From: Acidobacteriota bacterium
Lineage (GTDB): Bacteria; Acidobacteriota; Vicinamibacteria; Fen-336
Length of the DNA stretch: 56,640 bases
Direction of reading: 5' to 3'
NCBI GenBank assembly: GCA_022340545.1
Contig: JAJDNV010000272.1
Coordinates: forward strand, 1-56,640
The notes under the pieces were generated by a model that saw only the letters and a list, made by a program, of their open reading frames with translations, was not told the origin of the DNA and made no database searches. The translations under genes were made by a program, and so were the position numbers. Shown piece by piece: positions 1 to 7,546 of the stretch (positions within the stretch are counted from its first letter, which is position 1; each line of letters opens with the position of its first letter).

Positions 1-38
1 CGACGACTCGACCGGAAGCCCGGAGGAGGACGAGCGCG

Positions 39-1988
39 GTGACTGAGCGCAACGGCTGGCTGAAGGACATCCTGTGGGCGGTCGCCCTCGCCGGAGCCGT
101 GGCCATCGGCTTCCGGCTCTGGTTCGGCCTGGGTGCCACCACGAACCTCTCGGACACCGTGCCCTGGGGTCTGTGGAAGATCCTGAACATGGTGGCGGGG
201 GTCGCGCTGGCCACGAGCGGCTTCACCGTCGGCTTCCTCGTCTACGTGCTCAAGCTCGAGCGCTTCCGGCCGCTGGTGAAGCCGGCCATCCTCGTCGCGT
301 TCCTCGGTTACGGCTCCTCGTGCTTCGCCCTCTTCCTGGACATCGGCCTCCCCCACCGGATCTGGCACCCCATCGTGATGTGGAACCCACACTCGTTCCT
401 CTTCGAGGTGGCTTGGTGCGTGATGCTCTACTTCACGGTCACGATGGTCGAGCTGGCCCCCACCGTCCTCGACCGCGTGGGCCTGCAGCGGCCGGCCCAC
501 CTCCTCCACCGGGCGGCCTTCTGGGTCGTCACGGTGGGGATCACCCTGTCGTCGCTCCACCACACCTCGCTGGGATCGCTCTTCCTCGTCACCCCCCAGC
601 GCCTGCACCCGCTCTGGTACACGCCGAGGCTGCCCGTCCACTTCATCCTGTCGGCCATGGGGGCGGGCCTCATGGTCGTGGTCCTGGCGAAGCTGCTCCA
701 CTCGCACTGGTACGACCGCGAGGCGGTCTTCGGAGCGGGCACCGGCTGCACCGGGGCAGTGCCCCCCGAGAAGCGCGACGAGCCGCCGTGCGTGGGACCG
801 GACTTCCCCATGGTCCGGCAGCTCGCCACCCTGGCTGCCGGCGTTCTGGCCGTGTCTCTCGTGGTCAAGCTCGCCGATCTGTGGGCCACCGGGGCGTGGC
901 GGGCCCTGCTCGCTGGCACCTGGGAGAGCTGGTTCTACGGTTTCGAGGTGGTGCTCGGCGCCGCGATACCCGCGCTGATCATGGCCTCGGGAGCAGCCCG
1001 GCGGTCACCGGGCATGGTCGGCGTCGCCGCCGCCAGCGCCGCGGTGGGGCTCGTCTTGAACCGGCTCAACGTGGGCGTCTTCGGCTACTTCCGCGATGCG
1101 GGAGTCGTCTACGTCCCGAGCCTGGCCGAGTGGGCGCTGAGCCTGGGGGTGGTCGCCGCCGCCGGGCTGGTCTTCCTCTTCGCCATCGAGAACCTGCCGG
1201 TCTTCAGCGAGAACGGGGAGGAGTGGCAGCGGGCCCGCCAGCGGTTCTCACCAGTCTTCGACCGTTTCTCCGGGGTGTGGAGGATGACCCTGGCCAGCGG
1301 CCTGAACCGCGCCTCGGCGCTCGCCGTCATCGTGCTGCCGCTGGCCTGGGTTCTGCTCTTCCCCCCGTTCGGAAAGAACGGCGGGGTCCGGAGGCCGGTG
1401 CGCCCGCCGGTGGCCCAGGATGCCGAGCGAAAGGTCCTGCGGATCGACGGAGACCAACGTGGCGTGGCGGTGGTCTTCCCCCACGCCGACCATCAGCGGC
1501 GGCTCGGGGGAAAGGAGTCCTGCGGCCGCTGCCACCACCTGTCACTGCCGACGGACCACTCCACGCCGTGCAGCCGGTGCCATCGGGACATGGAGCGAGA
1601 CACCGAGATCTTCGACCACAGCGCCCACTTCGAGGCGGTCGCTCGAAGGGACCAGCTCCGGGGCTGGATCCCGGGCAACCAGGCCTGCCGCGTGTGCCAC
1701 TCCGCGACGGGACCGAAGGGGGCCGGCACCGCACGCGCGTGCCTCGAGTGCCACGAGAAGAACATGGCGCCCTCTCGTGGGGTCGAGGCCCCCCTGGACC
1801 TGGCCCGGGCCAACGGCTACCGCGCGGCCTTGCACGAGAACTGCGTCAAGTGCCACAAGGAGGAGGCGGCGAAGCAGCAGCGTCCTGCACTCGGCGACTG
1901 CTCGACCTGCCACGAGACGCTGCGTCGCCGTGAAGCCCCGGCGACGAGGACGGCGGCCCCGTCACTGCTGGCCTCTCGCCTCCCGTAG
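39..1988 (+). CDS. NrfD/HybB-like polytopic membrane (quinone-interacting) subunit fused to a C-terminal hexahaem cytochrome c domain
   Basis: GTG start 8 nt after GGAGGAGGA. The N-terminal ~430 aa are multi-TM with NrfD/HybB-like sequence (GLWKILNMVAG, HRIWHPIVMWNPHSFLFEV). The C-terminal ~160 aa carry six CxxCH motifs (CGRCH, CSRCH, CRVCH, CLECH, CVKCH, CSTCH; nt ~1521-1916). Confidence 0.8.
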   Translation: MTERNGWLKDILWAVALAGAVAIGFRLWFGLGATTNLSDTVPWGLWKILNMVAGVALATSGFTVGFLVYVLKLERFRPLVKPAILVAFLGYGSSCFALFLDIGLPHRIWHPIVMWNPHSFLFEVAWCVMLYFTVTMVELAPTVLDRVGLQRPAHLLHRAAFWVVTVGITLSSLHHTSLGSLFLVTPQRLHPLWYTPRLPVHFILSAMGAGLMVVVLAKLLHSHWYDREAVFGAGTGCTGAVPPEKRDEPPCVGPDFPMVRQLATLAAGVLAVSLVVKLADLWATGAWRALLAGTWESWFYGFEVVLGAAIPALIMASGAARRSPGMVGVAAASAAVGLVLNRLNVGVFGYFRDAGVVYVPSLAEWALSLGVVAAAGLVFLFAIENLPVFSENGEEWQRARQRFSPVFDRFSGVWRMTLASGLNRASALAVIVLPLAWVLLFPPFGKNGGVRRPVRPPVAQDAERKVLRIDGDQRGVAVVFPHADHQRRLGGKESCGRCHHLSLPTDHSTPCSRCHRDMERDTEIFDHSAHFEAVARRDQLRGWIPGNQACRVCHSATGPKGAGTARACLECHEKNMAPSRGVEAPLDLARANGYRAALHENCVKCHKEEAAKQQRPALGDCSTCHETLRRREAPATRTAAPSLLASRLP

Positions 1989-2125
1989 AAGCGGCTGGCC
2001 CGCGATCCGGTCGGCGGCGGCGCCCTCGGCCGGGACTTGGCTATACTGGTGCCATTCGAGTCGCTCGTCCTGCGCCGGATCTTCTGAGCCCGACCGACGA
2101 GAGTCACTCATCCCGGGAGGGGATC

Positions 2126-2440
2126 ATGCCCGAGTTCGGTAGCCCGTTCTCCGTCCTGAAACACGACCGGAAGCTCACTCACGAGGAGCTGGTTCGTGCG
2201 ATTCGTTTCATGATCGCCGCAGAGTATGAGGCGATTCAGCTCTATCAGCAGCTGGCCGAGTCTACCGACAACGAGCTGGCCCGCGAGGTTCTCTCTGACA
2301 TTGCCAACGAGGAAAAGGAGCACGCCGGGGAGTTCCTCCGCCTGCTGCGAGAGCTCGCTCCCGAGGAAGACGCCCACTACCAGGAAGGCAGCAAAGAAGT
2401 CGAAGAGATGATCGCCAAGCTTGGACACCCCCCTCGCTGA
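2126..2440 (+). CDS. Small ferritin-like protein of the encapsulated-ferritin (EncFtn)/rubrerythrin-like family
   Basis: ATG preceded by GGGAGGGG. 104 aa with an EncFtn-type di-iron helix pair (AAEYEAIQLYQQLAESTD...ANEEKEHAGEFLRLL). No recognisable encapsulin targeting peptide at the C-terminus. Confidence 0.75.
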   Translation: MPEFGSPFSVLKHDRKLTHEELVRAIRFMIAAEYEAIQLYQQLAESTDNELAREVLSDIANEEKEHAGEFLRLLRELAPEEDAHYQEGSKEVEEMIAKLGHPPR

Positions 2441-2572
2441 CGGATTCCGACCGGGCGCTTCCCCGGAGCGGTGGTCCAGTCGCGTCCCCGCCGGGAGCCG
2501 GGGCACCTTCCTTCGACGATCCTCCGTGTTCTTGGAAGCCCGGACCGTGCCAGCGAAGCGTGGCAACGCGGT

Positions 2573-3001
2573 TCAGTCGTAGGCCCTTCGAACCTCCTCG
2601 TTCGCCATGAGGCCCGGCTGGTCCTGGACCAGGGACCAGGACGGCAGGAGACGGTGTATCCGCCGGTACTTCTCCGGGATGGGGTGCGTTCCCACCTCCA
2701 CGGCGACCCCGTATCGCTTGGGGATGAAGTCGACGAAGTAGCTCATGTGGGGGCATGGAGGATATCCGACGACGAGCCCCGTCGCGAGGTGGATCACCTG
2801 GGCGCCGTTCTTGATCATCTCCTCCGGGACGTACTCGACGTTCCCGCCCGGGCATCCTCCGCACGTGGAGTACCCGACGATCTCGAGCGGCTCGTCCTTG
2901 GGGTAGCACGAGAAGGCACCCTCGCGCTGCCGAGCGGCCCGAAAGCACTTGCCCCCGGCACAGCTCCGATAGCGATCGCAGATGATGATGCCAACCTTCA
3001 T
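2573..3001 (-). CDS. CGGC domain-containing protein
   Basis: Begins MKVGIIICDRYRSCAGGKCF and contains STCGGCPG, typical of the CGGC family. I trimmed the track ORF (to 3067) to the ATG at 3001 because the upstream 22 codons look non-coding. Confidence 0.8.
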   Translation of the reverse strand: MKVGIIICDRYRSCAGGKCFRAARQREGAFSCYPKDEPLEIVGYSTCGGCPGGNVEYVPEEMIKNGAQVIHLATGLVVGYPPCPHMSYFVDFIPKRYGVAVEVGTHPIPEKYRRIHRLLPSWSLVQDQPGLMANEEVRRAYD

Positions 3002-3237
3002 CGCCGCCTCCCGCCGGGACACAGAGCAAGTCCCGCACCAGTGGCGGGATCGGGTCGTCGATGCCACGGCAACCGGCCCCTTGGCGCAGGGGTTGGAGAC
3101 GTCGGGCGGGGATCACCTCGGCCTCGAGGCGCCGTATCCGGGTCTTTTTCCACACCTCGCGCAGGATCTTTCCCATCGCCCCGTCGGGGCAGACGGTCAC
3201 GGGCTCACCGTGGACCATGGCACTTCTCGGTGCAGGG

Positions 3238-4062
3238 CTAGAGCTCGAGCGACGTCCCGGCCGGGCAGTGGAAGACCCGCCCTTCGAAGGCCTGGCCCAG
3301 GGCCACGAAGGCGACCGGGCCGGTGCAGTGGTTGACGTGAAGGACGGGCGAGTGCAGCTCACGGAGTCTCGTGATCGTGCGTGCGAGCTGCTCTCGTCCG
3401 GCGCCGATGAGGTGAGTCCCGCCGGCGATCCCCACCGGGTCCTCCCCGAAGTGGCGTCTCACGTGGGTGAGCGTATTCAGCAGGCCAGCGTGGCAGCACC
3501 CGCACACGACGAAGAGCCCGGCGCCGGTTTCCAGAACCAGGGAGAGGTCGTCCCGATACGGGTCCGGCGCCCAGTCCTGTCCGCGGCGTACGAGGTGGTG
3601 TGGGCTCCGTCCTTCGGGCTCGCTCCGCTCCTCGACCTCCCCTGACGTCCAGATCCCGGGAAACACCCGCTCCGGAGATTCACTCAGTCTCAGGTCGGCC
3701 CGTCGCTTCAGCGCCTCCGGACTCAACGGAAGCCCCCTGGGCGTCTTCACACCCTTCTTCTCGGAGTAGCGAGGACGGAGGAGCTCGGGATGAGCGTGGA
3801 CCGCGAGGGCCGTACGTCGTTCCAGAAGAGCCGGAAGACCACCGGTGTGGTCCGGATGGGAGTGGCTCAGCACGACGGCGTCGATCGTCCCGACGTCTAT
3901 GCCCGCACACTCGAGATCGTGCAGAAGCACCGGGCCGCTGGCTCCGGTGTCGAACAGAAGGCGTTGCCCATCGTCGGCTTCAACGAGGAAGCAGAGACCA
4001 TGCTCGCCCCAGAACGCGGATGACGGCTGGACCGAGTTGTCGACGAGGCATTGGAGTCTCAT
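3238..4062 (-). CDS. MBL-fold metallo-hydrolase (COG1237 / MJ0301-like subgroup)
   Basis: LVDN...LLFDTG...VVLSHSHPDHTGGL (HxHxDH motif), with further His/Cys ligand regions (CGCCHAG, HVNHCTG). Confidence 0.85.
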   Translation of the reverse strand: MRLQCLVDNSVQPSSAFWGEHGLCFLVEADDGQRLLFDTGASGPVLLHDLECAGIDVGTIDAVVLSHSHPDHTGGLPALLERRTALAVHAHPELLRPRYSEKKGVKTPRGLPLSPEALKRRADLRLSESPERVFPGIWTSGEVEERSEPEGRSPHHLVRRGQDWAPDPYRDDLSLVLETGAGLFVVCGCCHAGLLNTLTHVRRHFGEDPVGIAGGTHLIGAGREQLARTITRLRELHSPVLHVNHCTGPVAFVALGQAFEGRVFHCPAGTSLEL

Positions 4063-4116
4063 CCTCCCCTCCGCCGGCGGACTCTTCGCCTTCGCACTCG
4101 GCGGGGAGTCAGGACG

Positions 4117-4395
4117 TCAGTCCTGCGTGTCGAGCTTCAAGAGGCGGTGCGCGAGGCTGTCCCGCTCCTCTTTGAGCCTCGACGACTCGGCGCGCAGCCC
4201 CTCGACGTCGTCGTCCGTCGGTCCCGCGTCGTCGTCTTCGCCACTCCAGGCGCGGCCCAGACCCCCGCCGCGACCCCAGCTGCGAACCCGGCCGCGGCCC
4301 CGGCCGCGACCCCAGCCCATTCCGAAGCCTCGGCCGCCGGGGCCAATGACGTCGTTCTCCTCGATTCTGCCATCTCCTGTGCCGAGACTGGCCAT
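4117..4395 (-). CDS. DUF5320-like protein (Gly/Arg-rich N-terminus plus C-terminal coiled coil)
   Basis: From the internal ATG: MASLGTGDG..GPGGRGFGMGWGRGRGRGR...LRAESSRLKEERDSLAHRLLKLD. This architecture matches DUF5320, which is commonly encoded next to PadR. The track ORF start at 4488 is probably too long. Confidence 0.65.
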   Translation of the reverse strand: MASLGTGDGRIEENDVIGPGGRGFGMGWGRGRGRGRVRSWGRGGGLGRAWSGEDDDAGPTDDDVEGLRAESSRLKEERDSLAHRLLKLDTQD

Positions 4396-4597
4396 GGGCC
4401 GTTGCCGTCCCGGTCCTGCTCTATCTCGCGCTGGCATTATCCTCGTCCTTTCACGACTGCTTCCGTGCCTGGCTCGGCTTCGAGCCACGGTCGGCTGCTT
4501 GCTTCATCCTTCACGAAGCGCCTGGATTCCCAGACGGCACGCGCCGTGCCAGTCGGGCTCACCACCCGCGCCCCGGCCAACGCCTCCGAGAGGCGTC

Positions 4598-5008
4598 TCA
4601 GGCATGGTCGCCCGTACACTCCTTCATGTGGCCGTGGTACGCCTCAAGGAAGCGCTCGATCCGGGACCTCGATCTCTCGAGCTCCTTGACCCACAGATCC
4701 AGGATCTCGTGTCCGCGGTCGGTCATGCGGTAGTTCCGCCGGGGCGGACCCTGCGTCTTCTGCTCGTCCCAGGTGGACGTCACCCACCCGTCTTCCTCCA
4801 TCTCGCGCAAGGCGCGGTAGACGACGCTGGGATCGAGCTCCTGAAGCCCATACTCGTCGAGACCGTCGAGCAGGCTGTAGCCGTGGGCGGTCCCATAGTG
4901 CAGCCTCATCAGCAGGACAGGCTCGAGGAAGCGGCGGAGGCTGCGGCCCAACCCGCGACCGTCTCCCCCTCTTCCCCGTCCTCTCCCTGGACCGGGCATG
5001 ACTCTCAT
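4598..5008 (-). CDS. PadR family transcriptional regulator
   Basis: Winged-helix PadR signature (GYSLLDGL...DPSVVYRALREMEEDGWVTS...RRNYRMTDRG). The start could be 5008, 4999 or 5050. I chose 5008 because 5009-5050 is the AT-rich promoter region. Confidence 0.85.
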   Translation of the reverse strand: MRVMPGPGRGRGRGGDGRGLGRSLRRFLEPVLLMRLHYGTAHGYSLLDGLDEYGLQELDPSVVYRALREMEEDGWVTSTWDEQKTQGPPRRNYRMTDRGHEILDLWVKELERSRSRIERFLEAYHGHMKECTGDHA

Positions 5009-5021
5009 GTCTTCGACCTTC

Positions 5022-5050
5022 AAGATAGTCGTTCTATTGACATTTTGCAA
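5022..5050 (-). promoter_or_regulatory. Candidate sigma-70 promoter of padR (TTGCAA-N17-TATCTT)
   Basis: On the minus strand, TTGCAA (5050-5045), a 17-nt spacer, then TATCTT (5027-5022), in the only AT-rich patch of the region. It overlaps an ATAG-N5-CTAT inverted repeat (5024-5036) that could be an operator. Confidence 0.35.
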
Positions 5051-5157
5051 GGAGAGAATATGCCGCTAGTGTCGCGCCCCAGAGAGGTCGGAAAGGGGCC
5101 TCTCCCTGGGGGTGGACATCGCCGCACCGAGCGTGCATAAGCTCTAGTCGGCAGAGA

Positions 5158-5718
5158 ATGGCCCCAGACGACGAGAGCGGCTCGCCACCTATGCCCCGTT
5201 CAGGGGGACGCCCCATCCTCGCCGGGCCGCTGTCTCCGGCCCGCCGGGGCGTCGTCACCGAGCTGGTTGTGTTGCTGCGCGAGAGGGGCGATGCCCTGGT
5301 TGCGGAAGCCCTGACGATGATGACCGAGGCTCGTCTCGAACACTACGATGCGGCCGGGCTCCCGACTGTCCGTCAGCGTCTCGCCACGCTCCTCGAGGTC
5401 GTCCTGTCGTGCCTGGAGTCCGGCGAGGCCGACGAGATCGTCACCTACATGACCCGGGTCGGTCGCGAACGCTTCTCCGCCGGATACGACCTCCTCGAGG
5501 TACAGACGTCCGCCAACGTCATGGAAGAGACCCTCTGGAGGCGGATCCCGTCTCTCGTCGACCCGGCGGAGGTTCCCCGAGCCCTTGGGCTCGTCAGCAG
5601 CCTGTTCAGCGCCGCCAAGGATGCCCTGGCCCGAACCTACGTTTCGCTGGCGGCCAGCGCGACCGCCCGTCCGGGCAAGGACGCGGGGGGCGGTGGGGAC
5701 GACACGCCCGGGGAGTGA
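5158..5718 (+). CDS. Hypothetical small protein with an RsbRD_N-like (globin-like sensor N-terminal) helical domain
   Basis: VGRERFSAGYDLLEVQTSANVMEETLWRRI resembles the conserved core of the RsbR-type N-terminal domain. Coding-like amino acid composition. The N-terminal 30 aa and the exact start are uncertain. Confidence 0.55.
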   Translation: MAPDDESGSPPMPRSGGRPILAGPLSPARRGVVTELVVLLRERGDALVAEALTMMTEARLEHYDAAGLPTVRQRLATLLEVVLSCLESGEADEIVTYMTRVGRERFSAGYDLLEVQTSANVMEETLWRRIPSLVDPAEVPRALGLVSSLFSAAKDALARTYVSLAASATARPGKDAGGGGDDTPGE

Positions 5719-5725
5719 CCCGGGA

Positions 5726-7489
5726 TCACCCGGCCCCGAGATCCGGCGGAGGGGTCCCGCGGAGGAACTGGAAGTCACACAGGCGCGCGGCGATGGCCCC
5801 GGTCTCGTCGCGCCGGAGCGACCCGTCGTCACCCCGCGTCACCAGAAGGTGGGCCGCCAGGAGGTTCAACGCCTCCACGCCAGCACTCAGGAGTCGCGTC
5901 CGGAAGCCCGTCACCAGCCGGGCCGCCTCGTCGGTGGTGAGCCACCTCTCCTCGACGGCCCGGGCGGCGTCCAGGGGCAGGTAGGGCGGAAGATCTCCTT
6001 CGTCCGCCCGGGGGTCGGGGCCGTGCCACTGCTCCCAGAGCGTGATGTAGTTGCGGCGCATCTCGAGCACGGGCGCGCCATCCGGCATACGGAGGTCTTC
6101 GTGGCTCTTGTAGCGACTCGTGTCGTAGGGCCAGTCGGGGAGCAGCGAGTGATGCCCCGTCCTGTAGATCGCCAGCGGAAGCACGGTCGGGACACCCTGC
6201 TGATGGAGCCAGTGGGCCAGGGCAAACTCCTCGAAGGGGCTGTTGACCCCGTGGGCCAGCAGGCGAAACCCGGCCGCGCCACAGGTGGCGACCTCGGGGC
6301 GCTCGCCGACGCTGGAGACACGCCAGACGAGGCGAATGTGGTCCTTGCTCTCAGTGGAGCAGGTCTCCCGCGATGGCGGAAGAGGCAGCTGCGGCGTGGT
6401 GCGCCAGCGCTCCGGGAGGAAGAGATCGAACAGGCTCGGGTCGCGGCCGACCACCCAGAGGGCACCCCCGGTGCTCTCCGTCCGTCCGTGGATGTAGTCG
6501 ACACCGAGGATTCGCGTCGCGTCGAGGTGCGCCGGGATCGGGGGGAGGGTGCGAGGGGAGCTCTCGTTCTCGCACCACACCTCGCGTCGCCGTCGCACGT
6601 ACGCCCGGCGTCGATCCTCCTGGACCTCCGTCTCATATTCTGTGGTCCGAGCCATCAGCTCGTAGTCGATCACGGAGTGCTCGATCTGGCCGTCCCGCAG
6701 CTCCAGCTCCGTCGCGCTCGCGAGCCGGACGATCACGTGTGCGTCCTTCATGTCGAGCACCGTGAAGCCCGCCTCGGACAACTCCTCCGTGGCCCGCGCC
6801 GTCAGTGCCTGGAGCTCGGCGTCCGTGAGCAGCCCCATCTCGCAGGCTTCGGAGGCGTCCACGCCCGGAAGCCAGCTGTACACCATGATGTAGTCGCGGA
6901 GGATATCGAGCGCGACTCCGGGGTGCCGGGCGATCGCCCGGTCGATACGCCACTGGAACCGGCCGCTCTGTGAAGGCTGGGTCTTCTCGGGCGGGACGTA
7001 GATGGCCAGGGGTACCTGCGTCCGGATTCGGCGACTCGCGTCCCCACAGCCGCGTCTGCGCAGCTCCTCGACGAGCGCGAACTCCTCGAACGGCCCGTTG
7101 AACTCGCAGGCGAGGAGGTCCTTGATCAGCCTCGTCTCGATCGGCACCTGCTCGCCCACCCGATTGAACTTGACGACCAGGCCCAGGCTCTCGCCGCCCA
7201 CCGGCCTGGTGGGCACGACGTACGCGGCCCCCGTCCCCCGAAGGACCTCCCGGTGGGTCCGAAACCAGTGCCGCTCGTACCAGTTCTCCGGCTGGAGGTG
7301 CCGGGCCCGAGAGAGCCCGGCCTCGGTGAGATACAGATCGCCGCCCTGGGGGGTGCCGGTGTGAACGTAGTCCACCCCGAGAATGTGAACGGGTTGGCCG
7401 GCCCCGGGCGTCCCGGCCAGGCCAGGGCCCGCGGGAGCGCGACCCTCCGGTCTCCTGTCGAACGGTGTTTTCGAATCGAGCGCAGACAA
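5726..7489 (-). CDS. Tandem kinase-like protein: two Kdo/WaaP/RIO-like protein-kinase-fold domains, the second probably a pseudokinase
   Basis: TTG start 6 nt after AGGAGG. Internal duplication: ILGVDYVHTG...NGPFEEFALVEELRRRG...PLAIYVP...DMKDAHVIV...IDYE, versus ILGVDYIHGR...NSPFEEFALAHWLHQQGVPTVLPLAIY...NLLAAHLLV...CDFQ. Confidence 0.7.
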   Translation of the reverse strand: MSALDSKTPFDRRPEGRAPAGPGLAGTPGAGQPVHILGVDYVHTGTPQGGDLYLTEAGLSRARHLQPENWYERHWFRTHREVLRGTGAAYVVPTRPVGGESLGLVVKFNRVGEQVPIETRLIKDLLACEFNGPFEEFALVEELRRRGCGDASRRIRTQVPLAIYVPPEKTQPSQSGRFQWRIDRAIARHPGVALDILRDYIMVYSWLPGVDASEACEMGLLTDAELQALTARATEELSEAGFTVLDMKDAHVIVRLASATELELRDGQIEHSVIDYELMARTTEYETEVQEDRRRAYVRRRREVWCENESSPRTLPPIPAHLDATRILGVDYIHGRTESTGGALWVVGRDPSLFDLFLPERWRTTPQLPLPPSRETCSTESKDHIRLVWRVSSVGERPEVATCGAAGFRLLAHGVNSPFEEFALAHWLHQQGVPTVLPLAIYRTGHHSLLPDWPYDTSRYKSHEDLRMPDGAPVLEMRRNYITLWEQWHGPDPRADEGDLPPYLPLDAARAVEERWLTTDEAARLVTGFRTRLLSAGVEALNLLAAHLLVTRGDDGSLRRDETGAIAARLCDFQFLRGTPPPDLGAG

Positions 7490-7546
7490 GAGCCCTCCTG
7501 CTCACGATTGTGGCATGACGGCCCGCGGGCAAGAGCACCTTCCGCC

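Noticed and set aside
1-42. Possible 3' end of an upstream plus-strand gene (..RRLDRKPGGGRAR stop) overlapping the GTG at 39 as GTGA
   Set aside because: Only 13 codons are visible, which is too little to call. It is mentioned only as a hint that the first gene belongs to an operon extending off the window.
74-1933. 619-aa plus-strand ORF overlapping the NrfD-cytochrome gene in another frame
   Set aside because: Pro/Arg/Gly-rich noise. The 39-1988 frame has TM helices and six CxxCH motifs.
2037-2055. TTGGCTATACTGGTGCCA upstream of the EncFtn-like gene (GG-N10-GC spacing; also contains TATACT)
   Set aside because: Both the -24 (TGGCTA) and -12 (GTGC) boxes deviate from consensus. It reads equally well as a TGGC/GCCA inverted repeat or a sigma-70 -10 box, so it is not specific enough to call.
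2126-5050. Searched around the EncFtn-like gene for an encapsulin nanocompartment system
   Set aside because: There is no ORF with HK97-fold encapsulin size or sequence, and no cargo targeting peptide. The neighbours belong to CGGC, MBL, DUF5320 and PadR families.
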